Below are positions 9,428 to 19,301 of a DNA stretch of 32,000 nt, one piece after another. Source of the DNA: Ignicoccus islandicus DSM 13165 (GTDB lineage Archaea > Thermoproteota > Thermoprotei_A > Sulfolobales > Ignicoccaceae); assembly GCF_001481685.1 (NCBI RefSeq), contig NZ_CP006867.1, positions 1,230,001-1,262,000 of the forward strand. The letters run 5' to 3'. The notes under the pieces were generated by a model. That model ran no database searches. It was given only the letters and a program-made list of their open reading frames with translations, and was not told where the DNA came from. A program made the position numbers and the translations under genes. Within the stretch, counting starts at the first letter, position 1, and every line of letters begins with the position of its first letter.

Positions 9428-10498
9428 CTATCGAGCTATCTCCTTTAACCACTTCTCTAGTTTTTCGACAACTTCATCCCAACTTAACTTCTTAGCTTTT
9501 TCAAGCCCCTTTATCCCGTATTTATTGAGAACTTCATTGTAGTTTTCATATACGTATCTTAACTTAGCCTTCAGGTCTTCTAGATCCTTAAAAGTTATTG
9601 CCTCCTCCTCATTGATTGTGCCTATTTTCTTAAAGATTTCTGAAGCAATTACAGGCTTGCCGAACGCCATGCATTCGACTAGCGATAAACCGAATCCTTC
9701 GGAGTGAATTGATGGATTTACGCAAACGTCGGCTAATTCGTAGTAAGGGTTTACGCTCTTAGCGTTGGGAACTACCTTTACGATGTCGCCGTATTCCTTT
9801 CTTACTTCTCTAACCTTTTTAAGTACCTTTTCGAAATAAGCCGTGTCGCTTATCGTACCAACTAGCCACAACTTAGCCTTTTCCCTTGCTAGAGATTCTT
9901 TAAATGCGTCTATTAAATCGAGTTGGCCCTTATTCGGTGCAAACCTAGCTACTTGAACAACGTTAAAGAATCCGTTATCCCTCTTGACGTACTTAAAGGG
10001 TCCCTCGACTCCCTCTCCCCCAAGTACCCTAATTTTGCTCTCCGGTATCCCCAATTTCTCAACCAATAACCTCTTAGTATAGCTTAGTGGGACCACCACT
10101 AAATCGCTTTTCATTGCAGATGCTTTCATCAATAGCGACTTTGGTTTGTACTTCCAGCTACTTAGTTCCAATAAGCCAGCATCGTGAATTAGGTATATTG
10201 TAGGAAACTCTTCAAGAATAGGAGAAAATTCCGCCCAATAGGCATTGACAATTACTGCATCGGGCTTCAATTTCCTCAAAACCATAGGGGCCATGATAGA
10301 GAAGTAGACTGAACTTAACCACGTACCTTTGAATGGATCCCTTATCCCTATCACTTCTTCACTGTTGTCGCTAGCTAACGTAACTACTTTTACGTCGTGA
10401 CCTCGGGCTTTCAGACGTTCAACTACCTTTTTAGCGAACTTCTCGGAACCTCCCTTAACGTAAGGCCAATATCTCCTCGTTACGTACGCTATTTTCAC
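9428..10498 (-). CDS. GT4-family glycosyltransferase
   Basis: 356 aa; MKIAYVTRRYWPYVKGGSEKFAKKVVERL, NPSIHSEGFGLSLVECMAFGKPVIASE (EX7E-type). Confidence 0.9.
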   Translation of the reverse strand: MKIAYVTRRYWPYVKGGSEKFAKKVVERLKARGHDVKVVTLASDNSEEVIGIRDPFKGTWLSSVYFSIMAPMVLRKLKPDAVIVNAYWAEFSPILEEFPTIYLIHDAGLLELSSWKYKPKSLLMKASAMKSDLVVVPLSYTKRLLVEKLGIPESKIRVLGGEGVEGPFKYVKRDNGFFNVVQVARFAPNKGQLDLIDAFKESLAREKAKLWLVGTISDTAYFEKVLKKVREVRKEYGDIVKVVPNAKSVNPYYELADVCVNPSIHSEGFGLSLVECMAFGKPVIASEIFKKIGTINEEEAITFKDLEDLKAKLRYVYENYNEVLNKYGIKGLEKAKKLSWDEVVEKLEKWLKEIAR

Positions 10499-10550
10499 TA
10501 AACTAACCCTTTTGAGGAAAGAAAAAGAAACGTAATTTGTTTCAGTGCCA

Positions 10551-11222
10551 CTAGGCGTTTAGCACCTTTCTAAGCCTCTTAGCTACTTCGTCAGCTTCTC
10601 CTTCTTTGTACTTGTAACCGGGGTATTCGAACTTAAGTTCGTTCTTATCGTATCTAGGAATTACGTGTACGTGGAAGTGCATTACCACTTGACCGGCCAC
10701 TTCTTCAGCGTTAGTTAAGACGTTCACTCCCTTAGCTTGCAACGCTTTAATCGAGGCTTCAGCAATCTTCTTGGCTACAGTGAATACCTTTGCGACCACT
10801 TCCTCTGGAGCGTCGAGGATGTTCTTGTAATGCTTTTTAGGGACCACTAGCGTGTGTCCCGGAGCTACTGGGTTTATGTCTAAGAAGGCAATTACGTCTT
10901 CATCCTCGTAAACTATCCTCGCTGGTAGCTCGCCCTTTATTATCTTGCAGAAGACGCACTCCATGATACCATCCGGTAGTCTCTGTAGTGTAATGGAAGA
11001 AAAGCTTTTCACGTTGACCAAAGGAACTAGTTCTATGGCATTTAACGGACATACAATCTCGCAAATTCCGCATAGAGCGCATGGAGCAGTTTGATGGGCT
11101 TTTCCGTTTAAAATAGATATTGAATTAAAGGGACACAGCTCTACGCATCTACCGCATCCGTCGCATTCATCCGAAACCTTAACTAAAGCTAGGGTCTCGT
11201 GAAACATATCTCTTTCGAACAC
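10551..11222 (-). CDS. 2x[4Fe-4S] ferredoxin domain fused in frame to HIT-family hydrolase domain
   Basis: 223 aa without an internal stop; CDGCGRCVELCP and CALCGICEIVCP followed by MECVFCKIIKGELPARIVYEDEDVIAFLDINPVAPGHTLVVPKKHY and HFHVHVIPR. Independent HIT start possible at the ATG at 10962-10964. Confidence 0.85.
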   Translation of the reverse strand: MFERDMFHETLALVKVSDECDGCGRCVELCPFNSISILNGKAHQTAPCALCGICEIVCPLNAIELVPLVNVKSFSSITLQRLPDGIMECVFCKIIKGELPARIVYEDEDVIAFLDINPVAPGHTLVVPKKHYKNILDAPEEVVAKVFTVAKKIAEASIKALQAKGVNVLTNAEEVAGQVVMHFHVHVIPRYDKNELKFEYPGYKYKEGEADEVAKRLRKVLNA

Positions 11223-11899
11223 CTTCTTTCGCCTTGGTGTTCCACTAGTTTAGCTAACAAGTCCTCCTCATAGGGAACTCCGACGAATTCCACGTGACCA
11301 TTAATTGATATGGATGGGACGCTCATTACGTTGTACTTGTCAGCTATGTCTTCGTTCTCATAGGCCTCCACGGTATCGGCTACAATACACTTCTTGCCTT
11401 GCTTATAAGATTCGTATGCGAACATATTGATTAGGAGGGCGGCATATGGGCAGTAAGGACATTGGGGCGTGACTACGTTTTCAATATAGAAGCAACCCTC
11501 TAATCTACCTATGCCCTCCTTCGTGCTTGGATCTAGACCGCTTTCTCCTTCAGAAATTCTTATAATGGTTTCGATAAGTCCCTTGATTTCCTCTCCTCCT
11601 GGAATTCCCGTATACCTTACGTAACCATCAACTAACAATACGGAAGGAACTCTGTCCACACCGTACTCCTTGAAAGCGTCCTTATCTTTATCAGCGTGAA
11701 AGACTTTATACGTTAGCAATGGCTTACCGTCCTTCTTCGGACTCTCTTCGCTAAATACTTGGATCATTTCAACTGTCGCTTTACAGTAAGGACAGTCATC
11801 TCCTATGAAGACTAAAACTTCTACGGGGTTTACCATATCTGCAAGTACTTCCCTTAACTCACTCCTTATCTCGGGCGTCCATTCTTGTTCGAACGACAT
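11189..11899 (-). CDS. Protein disulfide oxidoreductase / tandem glutaredoxin-like protein (PDO)
   Basis: 236 aa with two thioredoxin-fold CPYC motifs (DDCPYCKATV and PQCPYCPYAAL) and cis-Pro VMSVPSISI. Confidence 0.93.
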   Translation of the reverse strand: MSFEQEWTPEIRSELREVLADMVNPVEVLVFIGDDCPYCKATVEMIQVFSEESPKKDGKPLLTYKVFHADKDKDAFKEYGVDRVPSVLLVDGYVRYTGIPGGEEIKGLIETIIRISEGESGLDPSTKEGIGRLEGCFYIENVVTPQCPYCPYAALLINMFAYESYKQGKKCIVADTVEAYENEDIADKYNVMSVPSISINGHVEFVGVPYEEDLLAKLVEHQGERRCSKEICFTRP

Positions 11900-11975
11900 T
11901 GCTTATCCCGCATTTGGCATTCAAAGCGCCTAGTTAAGAAGAAACCGGTAAGTAACTAGAGGTGGGAGATATAGG

Positions 11976-12335
11976 GTGCTGTTAAGAACCCACTGCGAGA
12001 TAGCCGCTAGCGAAGTGGTACCAACAATTAGGGCAGCTGTCGTGTATTACTTACACAACCATTACAAGCTAAGTAACTACACAATAGCGAAACAAATAGG
12101 CACGTCGCCTTCAAGCGTAACAAACTACTTGAAAGACAGGAGAGGTAGGGGCGACTTAGTAAAGAAACTCTTAAGCGATCCAGAAATAGAGAAAATGATA
12201 AGGCTAATAGCTAAGAAGATAGCTGAAGGGGACACGAACCCCGAAGAATTGAGTAGCATGATGTGTGCCACTTGCAGGCTCGTAATGAGGAAATGGAAGA
12301 ACTTCGAATGTATACCATTGCCAGAAAAGTGGTAA
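11976..12335 (+). CDS. Predicted HTH transcriptional regulator, COG2522-like
   Basis: 119 aa; IRAAVVYYLHNHYKLSNYTIAKQIGTSPSSVTNYLKDRRG helix-turn-helix plus CATCR motif. Confidence 0.75.
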   Translation: MLLRTHCEIAASEVVPTIRAAVVYYLHNHYKLSNYTIAKQIGTSPSSVTNYLKDRRGRGDLVKKLLSDPEIEKMIRLIAKKIAEGDTNPEELSSMMCATCRLVMRKWKNFECIPLPEKW

Positions 12336-12337
12336 AT

Positions 12338-13714
12338 TCAAGGCTTCCTTTCCCTTGGAACTATATATTCCTTGGGCGCAGCTTCAAAGGGTTCCAAGTA
12401 CTTCCTGAGAACCTTCGGTATCTCAACTCTACCGTCTGGTAATTGGTAGTTCTCGAGGATGGCAGTGATGGTTCTGGTAGTTGCGAGAGCGGTTGAGTTC
12501 AACAAATGAACGTAATCGTGTTTCTTTCCTCCTTTTATCCTGTACCTAACGTTTAGCCTGTAGCTCTGCCAGTCGGTGCAATTGGAGGCGCTAACTAGTT
12601 CCCTATACCTACCTTGCGCTGGATACCAAACTTCAATATCGTACTTTTTAGCTGCCGGATATCCTAGTTCTCCTCCACATATGTTTACTACCCTATAAGG
12701 TAGGCCTAATCCCCTAACCAGTTCCTCAGCGTTCCTTATCAACTCTTCTAAGATATTCCAGCTTTCTTCAGGCTTGGAGTAAACGAACTGTTCGACCTTA
12801 TGGAACTGATGCACCCTGAATATCCCCTTGAGATCTCTATTAGCCGCACCAGCTTCCTTTCTGAAGCAAGGACTAATCCCGACTAATTTTAACGGTAAGT
12901 CCTTCTCGTCAATTATTTCGTTTGCCTTATATGAAGCTAAGGGATGCTCTGCTGTAGCTATTAGGTATAAGTCCTCCCCCTCTATTTTGTAGATTGCGTC
13001 CTTAAAGGTTTCTATGTCAATAACTCCCATCAGATACTTGTACCTTATCATATAAGGGGGTTCGACTGCGATGAAGCCCTTTTTAGTTAAATTATCTAAT
13101 GCATAAAGAATTAGAGCTAAGTCCAGCCATACTAAGTCTTGGAATAGGTAATAGAATCTCGATGAAGCCACCTGAGCTGCCTTGAAGGTGTCGCCCAACT
13201 TCAAAACTTCTTCAAGCATATCGGCATGAGGTATGGGTTTGTTATCTAACAGTTCGTATTCAATCTTGAATCCATACCGTTCCGTCTGGTGCTTGAACTG
13301 TTCTAGGTGCTCTTTCCATACTTTAGGCTTGCCCCAAAACCTAATGGGTTGATTGCTATCCTCATCACAGCCTTCAGGAACGCTTTCATGAACTAAGTTC
13401 GGTAGAGAGAGTAGTAGTTCCTCCCTCTTCTTCTCAAGCTCCTTCAATTCATTTTCTAGTTCCTCTTTTCGTGCAAGCAGCTTCTTGGCTTCTTCTATTA
13501 GTTTCTTCCTTTCTTCGGGAGAAGCTTTTGGAATAGATCTGGTTATTTTGTTGTGCTCGGCCCTTAGCTTTTCAACCTTCTGTAATACTTCTCTCCATTT
13601 CTTGTCTACTTCAATCGCTTCGTAGACCGGCCGAGGGTCAAGGCATCTCTTCTTCATTGACTCAATTAGCTTCTGTGGATCGTTCCTAAGGGCCTCTAGA
13701 ATCGACCATGGCAA
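12338..13714 (-). CDS. serS: Seryl-tRNA synthetase
   Basis: 458 aa; N-terminal coiled coil, class II motifs [27 protein letters not shown] and [19 protein letters not shown]. Confidence 0.97.
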   Translation of the reverse strand: MPWSILEALRNDPQKLIESMKKRCLDPRPVYEAIEVDKKWREVLQKVEKLRAEHNKITRSIPKASPEERKKLIEEAKKLLARKEELENELKELEKKREELLLSLPNLVHESVPEGCDEDSNQPIRFWGKPKVWKEHLEQFKHQTERYGFKIEYELLDNKPIPHADMLEEVLKLGDTFKAAQVASSRFYYLFQDLVWLDLALILYALDNLTKKGFIAVEPPYMIRYKYLMGVIDIETFKDAIYKIEGEDLYLIATAEHPLASYKANEIIDEKDLPLKLVGISPCFRKEAGAANRDLKGIFRVHQFHKVEQFVYSKPEESWNILEELIRNAEELVRGLGLPYRVVNICGGELGYPAAKKYDIEVWYPAQGRYRELVSASNCTDWQSYRLNVRYRIKGGKKHDYVHLLNSTALATTRTITAILENYQLPDGRVEIPKVLRKYLEPFEAAPKEYIVPRERKP

Positions 13715-13735
13715 TGCCTTATCTCCACCACCTAC

Positions 13736-15307
13736 TTACAGTTGACCTTTAAAGAACTCCTTCAATTCCTCCCACTTTTCCTTAGAGCTGGGGCATTTCA
13801 ATGGCATTTCTTGGATGTAACTCTTTTCTTGTTTCCACGCCAAATAGGCCTTGTGAAGCTCCCAACCCAGGTAGAGTGCGTGGGAAGGTTCCTTGACTAA
13901 CCCCTTTGCAATGAGCGTTTTTCCAATCAAGTAGGGATCACCTTTTACTAAGTACTTCTCTCTTCCCCTAACGACGCTCGCCTTCACCCCATCTCCATCG
14001 ATCCATATCCTAACTACGCTTTCCTCAAGAGGAAAGGATTGATCCCTTGCCTCTATTTCTTCGCCTTCTTCGAAGTAGATCAACCTATCTATTTTCTTCT
14101 CCTTTAGGATTAGTAGATCTGTTCCTAAGTCCTTTGGGGGAGTCTTTCTATGAAGTGAGATTGTTGACATAACTGAAGCAATGGCGCTTTCATACCAAGA
14201 GCTTCTCGCTTTATCACTCTCCTCAGTGACCATTACCAAGCTCACCCCCGATTCAGCTGCTAACTGAATCAGAGTCGCGTTAGTTCCTACGCTATCGAAA
14301 TCAACGAGTTCAGTGAAGTTACTAATTCCCATTATAAGAGGGAGTTTGACTTTCTTGCTTAAGTCGTAATAGGCAATTAACGATGCTAACGTATTGGGAG
14401 GAGGCGAGAGAACGGGATCAATAAAGACCTTCTCGCTTTTTACTTCTCTCAAGTTCTCTAGGAGGGATTTAACCTTCTCCTCTGGACTAGATGGCCAGTA
14501 GCCCTTCTCTATATCGCCGGGTATCACAACTACAGCGTCACACTTAACCTTTCCTATCTTACTTCTATCTATCGAAAAAGCAACGTCGAAGCCCAGCTTA
14601 CACCCTTCATTGAGTTCCTTCCAAAACATGGAATCTAATGCGACCACTTTGAAGTACTTCTCCGCGAGCTTCAGTAACGAAGGTAACTTGGAGGGGTTCG
14701 GGGAAGTTGAGGTAGAACCAATTACTACGAAGGAAGTTACTTCAGAAGCCTTCGAGAGTTTCTCCTCGAGATCGCCTTTATCCATCACTTCAGCAACCAC
14801 TTTCACTGGTGGAGGTCTCAAGGGAACCTCGAATCCGTTCAAATCGAAGGCTTTCTCGAAGTCGATCGATTGAAGTTCCTTCGCTACCTCTTCTAAGACG
14901 TACTCCCTCAGCTCGTCTTCCAAGGGTTTATCGAAACTTAGCTTGTCCTCTAGTTCGTTCAGCTTCCTGATTGCTACCTTTAACTCGTTTAAAGTTTTAG
15001 TGCCTTTCAATACTTTAACTCCCAATTCCTCGGATATCGGTTTCAAGTCCCCCGGAATCATTCCCGATACTAAGACAAAGTCGAAAGACTTGACGTCTAA
15101 TCCCCGTTTACCCAATTCCCTTAACAATTGCCTTTTGAGGGCGTTCGGAGTTAAGAGAGCTACTACGTCTACCGGCAAACCTAAAACTTCTATTCTATAT
15201 TCGTTCGGTGCTTCCGAAACTATTTCCCTCACGGTTTCTTCAAGTCTCTTACTGGTTACGATTAGAACTCTTTTCAATGGGGTTACCGAAAGGCGGAAAT
15301 AGGACAA
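13736..15307 (-). CDS. Dihydropteroate synthase-related protein, TTG start
   Basis: 523 aa; architecture resembles the archaeal DHPS-related family (N-terminal nucleotide/Rossmann-like region RVLIVTSKRLEETVREI; TIM-barrel-like SFVVIGSTSTSPNPSKLPSLLK). Confidence 0.65.
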   Translation of the reverse strand: MSYFRLSVTPLKRVLIVTSKRLEETVREIVSEAPNEYRIEVLGLPVDVVALLTPNALKRQLLRELGKRGLDVKSFDFVLVSGMIPGDLKPISEELGVKVLKGTKTLNELKVAIRKLNELEDKLSFDKPLEDELREYVLEEVAKELQSIDFEKAFDLNGFEVPLRPPPVKVVAEVMDKGDLEEKLSKASEVTSFVVIGSTSTSPNPSKLPSLLKLAEKYFKVVALDSMFWKELNEGCKLGFDVAFSIDRSKIGKVKCDAVVVIPGDIEKGYWPSSPEEKVKSLLENLREVKSEKVFIDPVLSPPPNTLASLIAYYDLSKKVKLPLIMGISNFTELVDFDSVGTNATLIQLAAESGVSLVMVTEESDKARSSWYESAIASVMSTISLHRKTPPKDLGTDLLILKEKKIDRLIYFEEGEEIEARDQSFPLEESVVRIWIDGDGVKASVVRGREKYLVKGDPYLIGKTLIAKGLVKEPSHALYLGWELHKAYLAWKQEKSYIQEMPLKCPSSKEKWEELKEFFKGQL

Positions 15308-15331
15308 GTGAATTAAAGCTCGAAGGTAATC

Positions 15332-16321
15332 ATGAAGGTCGCTATTTTGATATTACTTCTATCAGTAATTGTCTTCCCTTGCATTGACGTACAAGTAGAC
15401 GTCCAAGCCTTTCGGAACTACTCTCTAGTAAAAGTATCCTACGAATCTTCTTGTATTGGAGAATATGAAATTTCGTTTGAAACTAGTTCCCATGTTTACA
15501 GCTACTCGGGTAACGTTGTCGTACTTGGTAGTCGATACGTAGCGAAGGGGACGGGGTTTCCTGGTTTTGCAAGTGGTTTCAGTTTGAAATTGGTGGGTCC
15601 CCTAAAGGGAACGGTGGAAGCTAAATTCAATGGACTTCCTATTGCGAAGTACGCGATTGGTATAGGTAATTGCATTGTAGCTGGAGTCTCTAGGAGTACG
15701 TTCTTTGCGTTACAAGGGGAAGTGACTGTTACTTCCATAAACCTTTTTAATTACTGTAGGAAGCAAGTGAGAGTCGATGTCGAGGTTGAGGGAGGAGAAC
15801 CTTTAAGGGAAGTGAGCTGGATATTCTGCTCAAAAGGTAAGGGTGAAGTCTCGTACCATAATGTTTGCGTTGAAGAAAAGTGCGTTGAATGGGAAGTTAT
15901 AGGTGAGGTATGCTCTAAAAAGGTAAAGACTTGTAAGCTCACGCCCGAGGCGGGAGTGAGTTGCGAAGAGGAATGTATTGAAAAAGCTCCCGTGTATCAG
16001 TGCATTAAAAAGGAGTGTAACGTTAGCTACTTGCTACCTACTGAGACGAGGGAATGCATTGAATATTCTGGAACGAGCAGGGGAAGCGACTTCGAGGTTA
16101 GAGGTAACAAGATGGTTGCCGAGGTTTCCTTAGAGCCTGGGAAGGGTAAGAGCTTGATAGGATACTTGAAAGGTACTCCTATCCTAAAGGTTAATGTAAA
16201 TGGCGAAGAAATAAAGTTGATCGCTTCCAGAAACGTTCAATCGCTTTACATATATCCTGAATTCGCGTTCTTCGTCGCAGTATCCCTTCTCTTGGCCTTG
16301 CTATCCCTTGTTGTTCTATAG
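15332..16321 (+). CDS. Predicted secreted/surface cysteine-rich protein with signal peptide and C-terminal membrane anchor
   Basis: 329 aa; MKVAILILLLSVIVFPC signal; cysteine-dense segment CVEEKCVEWEVIGEVCSKKVKTCKLTPEAGVSCEEECIEKAPVYQCIKKEC; C-terminal FAFFVAVSLLLALLSLVVL. Confidence 0.7.
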   Translation: MKVAILILLLSVIVFPCIDVQVDVQAFRNYSLVKVSYESSCIGEYEISFETSSHVYSYSGNVVVLGSRYVAKGTGFPGFASGFSLKLVGPLKGTVEAKFNGLPIAKYAIGIGNCIVAGVSRSTFFALQGEVTVTSINLFNYCRKQVRVDVEVEGGEPLREVSWIFCSKGKGEVSYHNVCVEEKCVEWEVIGEVCSKKVKTCKLTPEAGVSCEEECIEKAPVYQCIKKECNVSYLLPTETRECIEYSGTSRGSDFEVRGNKMVAEVSLEPGKGKSLIGYLKGTPILKVNVNGEEIKLIASRNVQSLYIYPEFAFFVAVSLLLALLSLVVL

Positions 16322-16354
16322 GTAATATTCTCCAATAGACACAAACTTGTAAAT

Positions 16355-17338
16355 TTACGTTAATTGTACTTTCTTGACTCTCTTCAGTTGCTTGACGTAC
16401 TTAGACGCCTCCAATGCCGCAGTAGCTCCGTGACCAGCAGCAACGACTATCTGGAATCCTATACCAGTAACATCGCCGGCTGCAAAGACGCCCGGAACGT
16501 TCGTATGCATTCTAGGATCGACTTTGATGAATCCGGCCTTGTCTACTTCAATGCCAGCTCTCTTGAAGACCTCAGTAGTTGGTGCCTCGCCCGCAGAGAT
16601 GAAGACGGCCCTAACCTCTATCTCTTTCTCCTCTCCGGAAGGAAGCTTAACCACTATCTTAGTTACCTTTTGACCGTCTCCTTCTATTTTTACTAACCTA
16701 GCCCCTTCAAGTATTTCAACGTTGGGGGAGTTCCTCAAGATGTTCATGAAACTCTCTGAGGCCTCAATCTTGTCTGCGTGGGGGATCACGTATACTTTAC
16801 TAGCAATTGATGTCATGTAAACTGCTTCTTCCATTGCGTGATCGTCGTTACCCACTAAAGCCATTGGCTGACCTTTAAAGAACGGGGCGTCGCAAACTAC
16901 GCAGTAACTCACTCCCTTACCGAAGTATTCCTTCTCTCCGGGTATCCCTAGGCCTTTAGAAGAGAGGCCGGTGGCAATTATTACAGCATAGGCCTTGAAC
17001 TCCGCGCCTCGTTTAGTCTTAACTACTTTCACGTCTCCGCTAACGTCCAAGTCTACCACTTCCATACCGAAAACTACTTCTGCATTGAACTTCTTCGCTT
17101 GCTTATAGAACCTGTCTACTAGTTCCTCTCCACTTATTCTCTCTATACCAGGGTAGTCCTCGACCACCGGTGCGTTTGCTGTTCTCCCACCCGGTTTCAT
17201 CGTTTTCTCTAAAATTACTGTTTTCAGACCAAGTCTCGCAGCGTACATTCCAGCAGCTAGACCAGCTGGACCAGCTCCGATTATTACTACATCGTAATTA
17301 CCTCCAACGGGTCTCCTAGTTCCTCCCAACCTCAACAT
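16355..17338 (-). CDS. trxB: Thioredoxin reductase (FAD/NAD(P)-dependent)
   Basis: 327 aa; VVIIGAGPAGLAAGMYAARLG, redox motif VVCDAPFF variant CVVCDAPF, GVFAAGDVTG. Confidence 0.9.
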   Translation of the reverse strand: MLRLGGTRRPVGGNYDVVIIGAGPAGLAAGMYAARLGLKTVILEKTMKPGGRTANAPVVEDYPGIERISGEELVDRFYKQAKKFNAEVVFGMEVVDLDVSGDVKVVKTKRGAEFKAYAVIIATGLSSKGLGIPGEKEYFGKGVSYCVVCDAPFFKGQPMALVGNDDHAMEEAVYMTSIASKVYVIPHADKIEASESFMNILRNSPNVEILEGARLVKIEGDGQKVTKIVVKLPSGEEKEIEVRAVFISAGEAPTTEVFKRAGIEVDKAGFIKVDPRMHTNVPGVFAAGDVTGIGFQIVVAAGHGATAALEASKYVKQLKRVKKVQLT

Positions 17339-17402
17339 AGCTTCGTTCCCACTGTGAAAGAGAGATGGAAAGTTTATTACTTGAATACTGTTTACTCTTT
17401 GG

Positions 17403-18143
17403 TTAACGACCTAGAAGAGTTAGGTATTCCTTTACCACCTCTTCGAACTCCTCAAGACCTCTCGAAAGGGCCTTAACTAAGGCGCTTCCAACTACTATCC
17501 CGCTCGCCCCGCTCTCAATGGCCTCTCTCACCTCCTCCTTTTTCAAACCGAAACCCACTACTATTGGTTTTGAAGTGATACTCTTAATTCTATTTATTAA
17601 ATTCGGTATACCTACTGGCAAAGGAATTCCCGTTGCCGGTCTCACACCTAAATACAAGATTGGTTCGCTTAGCTCAGCTACCTCCCGTATGACGTGGTCA
17701 GGAGTGGTGGGCGAAACGAAATAAACTGTATCCTTTCCAAACTTTCTTGCTTCACTTGTTATCTCCTTGACTTTGTCGACGTAATCTATTACTGCATCTG
17801 CAAAGAGCACTCCTCCCGCGCAAAGTTTCTTTAAAAACCCTTTTAGATCAACAGAGACGTCTTCGAAGTACGTCATTGCAATTAGTCTTTCGGGCTCAAT
17901 TACTTCGCAGACTTCGCTTAAGTCGAAGTTTTCAACGGAAATTCCATTAGCCCTAGCAACCTCGTAGCTCTTCCTTATTGTTGGTCCGTCGTACTTTGCG
18001 AACTTAGGCGGAATGCCTATCTCAATTAAATCGGCCTTGTCCTTTAGGTATTTCAAAGCTTTCATGAAATCTTCCCAAGTAGGATAACCTAGAGTTAGGT
18101 AGGCTACGAACCAAGGCTTCTTCGAGGGATCTACCTTGAGCAC
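17403..18143 (-). CDS. trpA: Tryptophan synthase alpha subunit (crenarchaeal type)
   Basis: 246 aa; LIEIGIPPKFAKYDGPTIRKSYE, PLPVGIPNLINRI, PIVVGFGLKKEEV, GIVVGSALV. Confidence 0.88.
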   Translation of the reverse strand: MLKVDPSKKPWFVAYLTLGYPTWEDFMKALKYLKDKADLIEIGIPPKFAKYDGPTIRKSYEVARANGISVENFDLSEVCEVIEPERLIAMTYFEDVSVDLKGFLKKLCAGGVLFADAVIDYVDKVKEITSEARKFGKDTVYFVSPTTPDHVIREVAELSEPILYLGVRPATGIPLPVGIPNLINRIKSITSKPIVVGFGLKKEEVREAIESGASGIVVGSALVKALSRGLEEFEEVVKEYLTLLGR

Positions 18144-18190
18144 TTGAACCGCCTTTTGGTAAGAGATATTGAAATAAAAAACTTGAACGA

Positions 18191-19237
18191 TTAAGCTCTG
18201 GTTGATCTCTTTCTAAGAATCGATAAGAGCGGTGGAGCTAAGAGAGGGACCATTGGTATGTGTAGCTTCTTCAATAGATCCTTTAGGCTGCCAAGGGAAT
18301 TAGCATTTCCGCTATTGTCATCGACACCTTTGAGCGAGTAGAGACCTACGTAATATTTTTCTTGATCGTCTGAATACGAGCTCAAAGATAGAGCCATCTT
18401 ATCGTTCTTCCAGTCTACGTTTGTGATGGAAGAAATATATTTGATGGACGAAATTGTAAAGGAGCTCTTACTGTAGACCATATCTCCATTAGGAAGGAAG
18501 AGCTCTAGCGAAGAAGGCGACGCTACGGCGATGTACTTACAGTTTGGTGAGAAGGCTGCATCGTTAACGAAACCCTCTATTTCCCCTACCTTCCTAGCTC
18601 TTCCATTGTCTCCTACTTTATACACGTACATTCCACTGGAACCAATAACTGCTACTAGGTTATTGCAACTATCCACTTCGTAAAAGTCGTCGTGCGACGA
18701 TATTTCCGAAACAATACTACCGTCTTTGAGCGATAATATTTCGAGACGATCCTTCTCTATATTTATAGCATAGACGTAGTCGTTTGATGCCGAAACTGAG
18801 ATTACGTAACCATCGATATTGGTTTCCCAATCAGCGTTCCCGTCCAAATCAAACTTTCCGCACTTAGATCCACATGCAATTATGGTATTGTTGTGTAGAT
18901 ATATTCCTCCACTAAATTGCCAACCTAAGTTAAGCTTCTGGATGAGAACACCGTCTTCATTATATAATAGGACGTTACCCGCACTCAACACAGCAAAAGT
19001 TCCGTTAGAGTAGCTTATGTCATCTACGTACCCCGCGACGCATTTCCTCATAATCAAATTTCCATCAGAGTCCAACATATAGAAGCAAGAACCGCAAGCA
19101 ACCCCTACTACGTCATTCTCAGAAAGCACTATTTTGCTAGGCCACTCGTTGCAAAGCTCGGTAACCCAAAGTTCCTTTAAATTAAATGCAAGGAGCGTCG
19201 TAATCAATATTAACGACATGAGAAGCGCTCTCTTCAA
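18191..19237 (-). CDS. Predicted secreted beta-propeller (WD40/PQQ-like repeat) protein of unknown function
   Basis: 348 aa; N-terminal hydrophobic signal; repeated blade-like strands (YVYAINIEKDRLEILSLKDGSIVSE, CNNLVAVIGSSGMYVYKVG, NCKYIAVASPSSLELFLPNGDMVY); C-terminal MVPLLAPPLLSILRKRSTR. Confidence 0.6.
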   Translation of the reverse strand: MKRALLMSLILITTLLAFNLKELWVTELCNEWPSKIVLSENDVVGVACGSCFYMLDSDGNLIMRKCVAGYVDDISYSNGTFAVLSAGNVLLYNEDGVLIQKLNLGWQFSGGIYLHNNTIIACGSKCGKFDLDGNADWETNIDGYVISVSASNDYVYAINIEKDRLEILSLKDGSIVSEISSHDDFYEVDSCNNLVAVIGSSGMYVYKVGDNGRARKVGEIEGFVNDAAFSPNCKYIAVASPSSLELFLPNGDMVYSKSSFTISSIKYISSITNVDWKNDKMALSLSSYSDDQEKYYVGLYSLKGVDDNSGNANSLGSLKDLLKKLHIPMVPLLAPPLLSILRKRSTRA

Positions 19238-19301
19238 ACCTCTCCTCCACTCTATGAATGAGACTAATGCAACTAAATTACTTTTCGAGCTCTATTTCGC
19301 T

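Noticed and set aside
13736-15302. Long antisense ORFs (14610..14873 and 14943..15302, +) opposite the DHPS-related gene.
   Set aside because: Compositional shadow ORFs, Ser/Thr/Pro-rich reverse translations without any recognisable motif; the same applies to other antisense ORFs in the track (e.g. 19315..19689, 23245..23649, 27782..28186).
17403-18143. TrpA lacks the bacterial PFSDPxADGP active-site loop and has IPPKFAKYDGP.
   Set aside because: The catalytic Glu and Asp positions remain (LIEIGIP...YDGPTI) and Sulfolobus-type TrpA has a near-identical loop; this is normal crenarchaeal variation.
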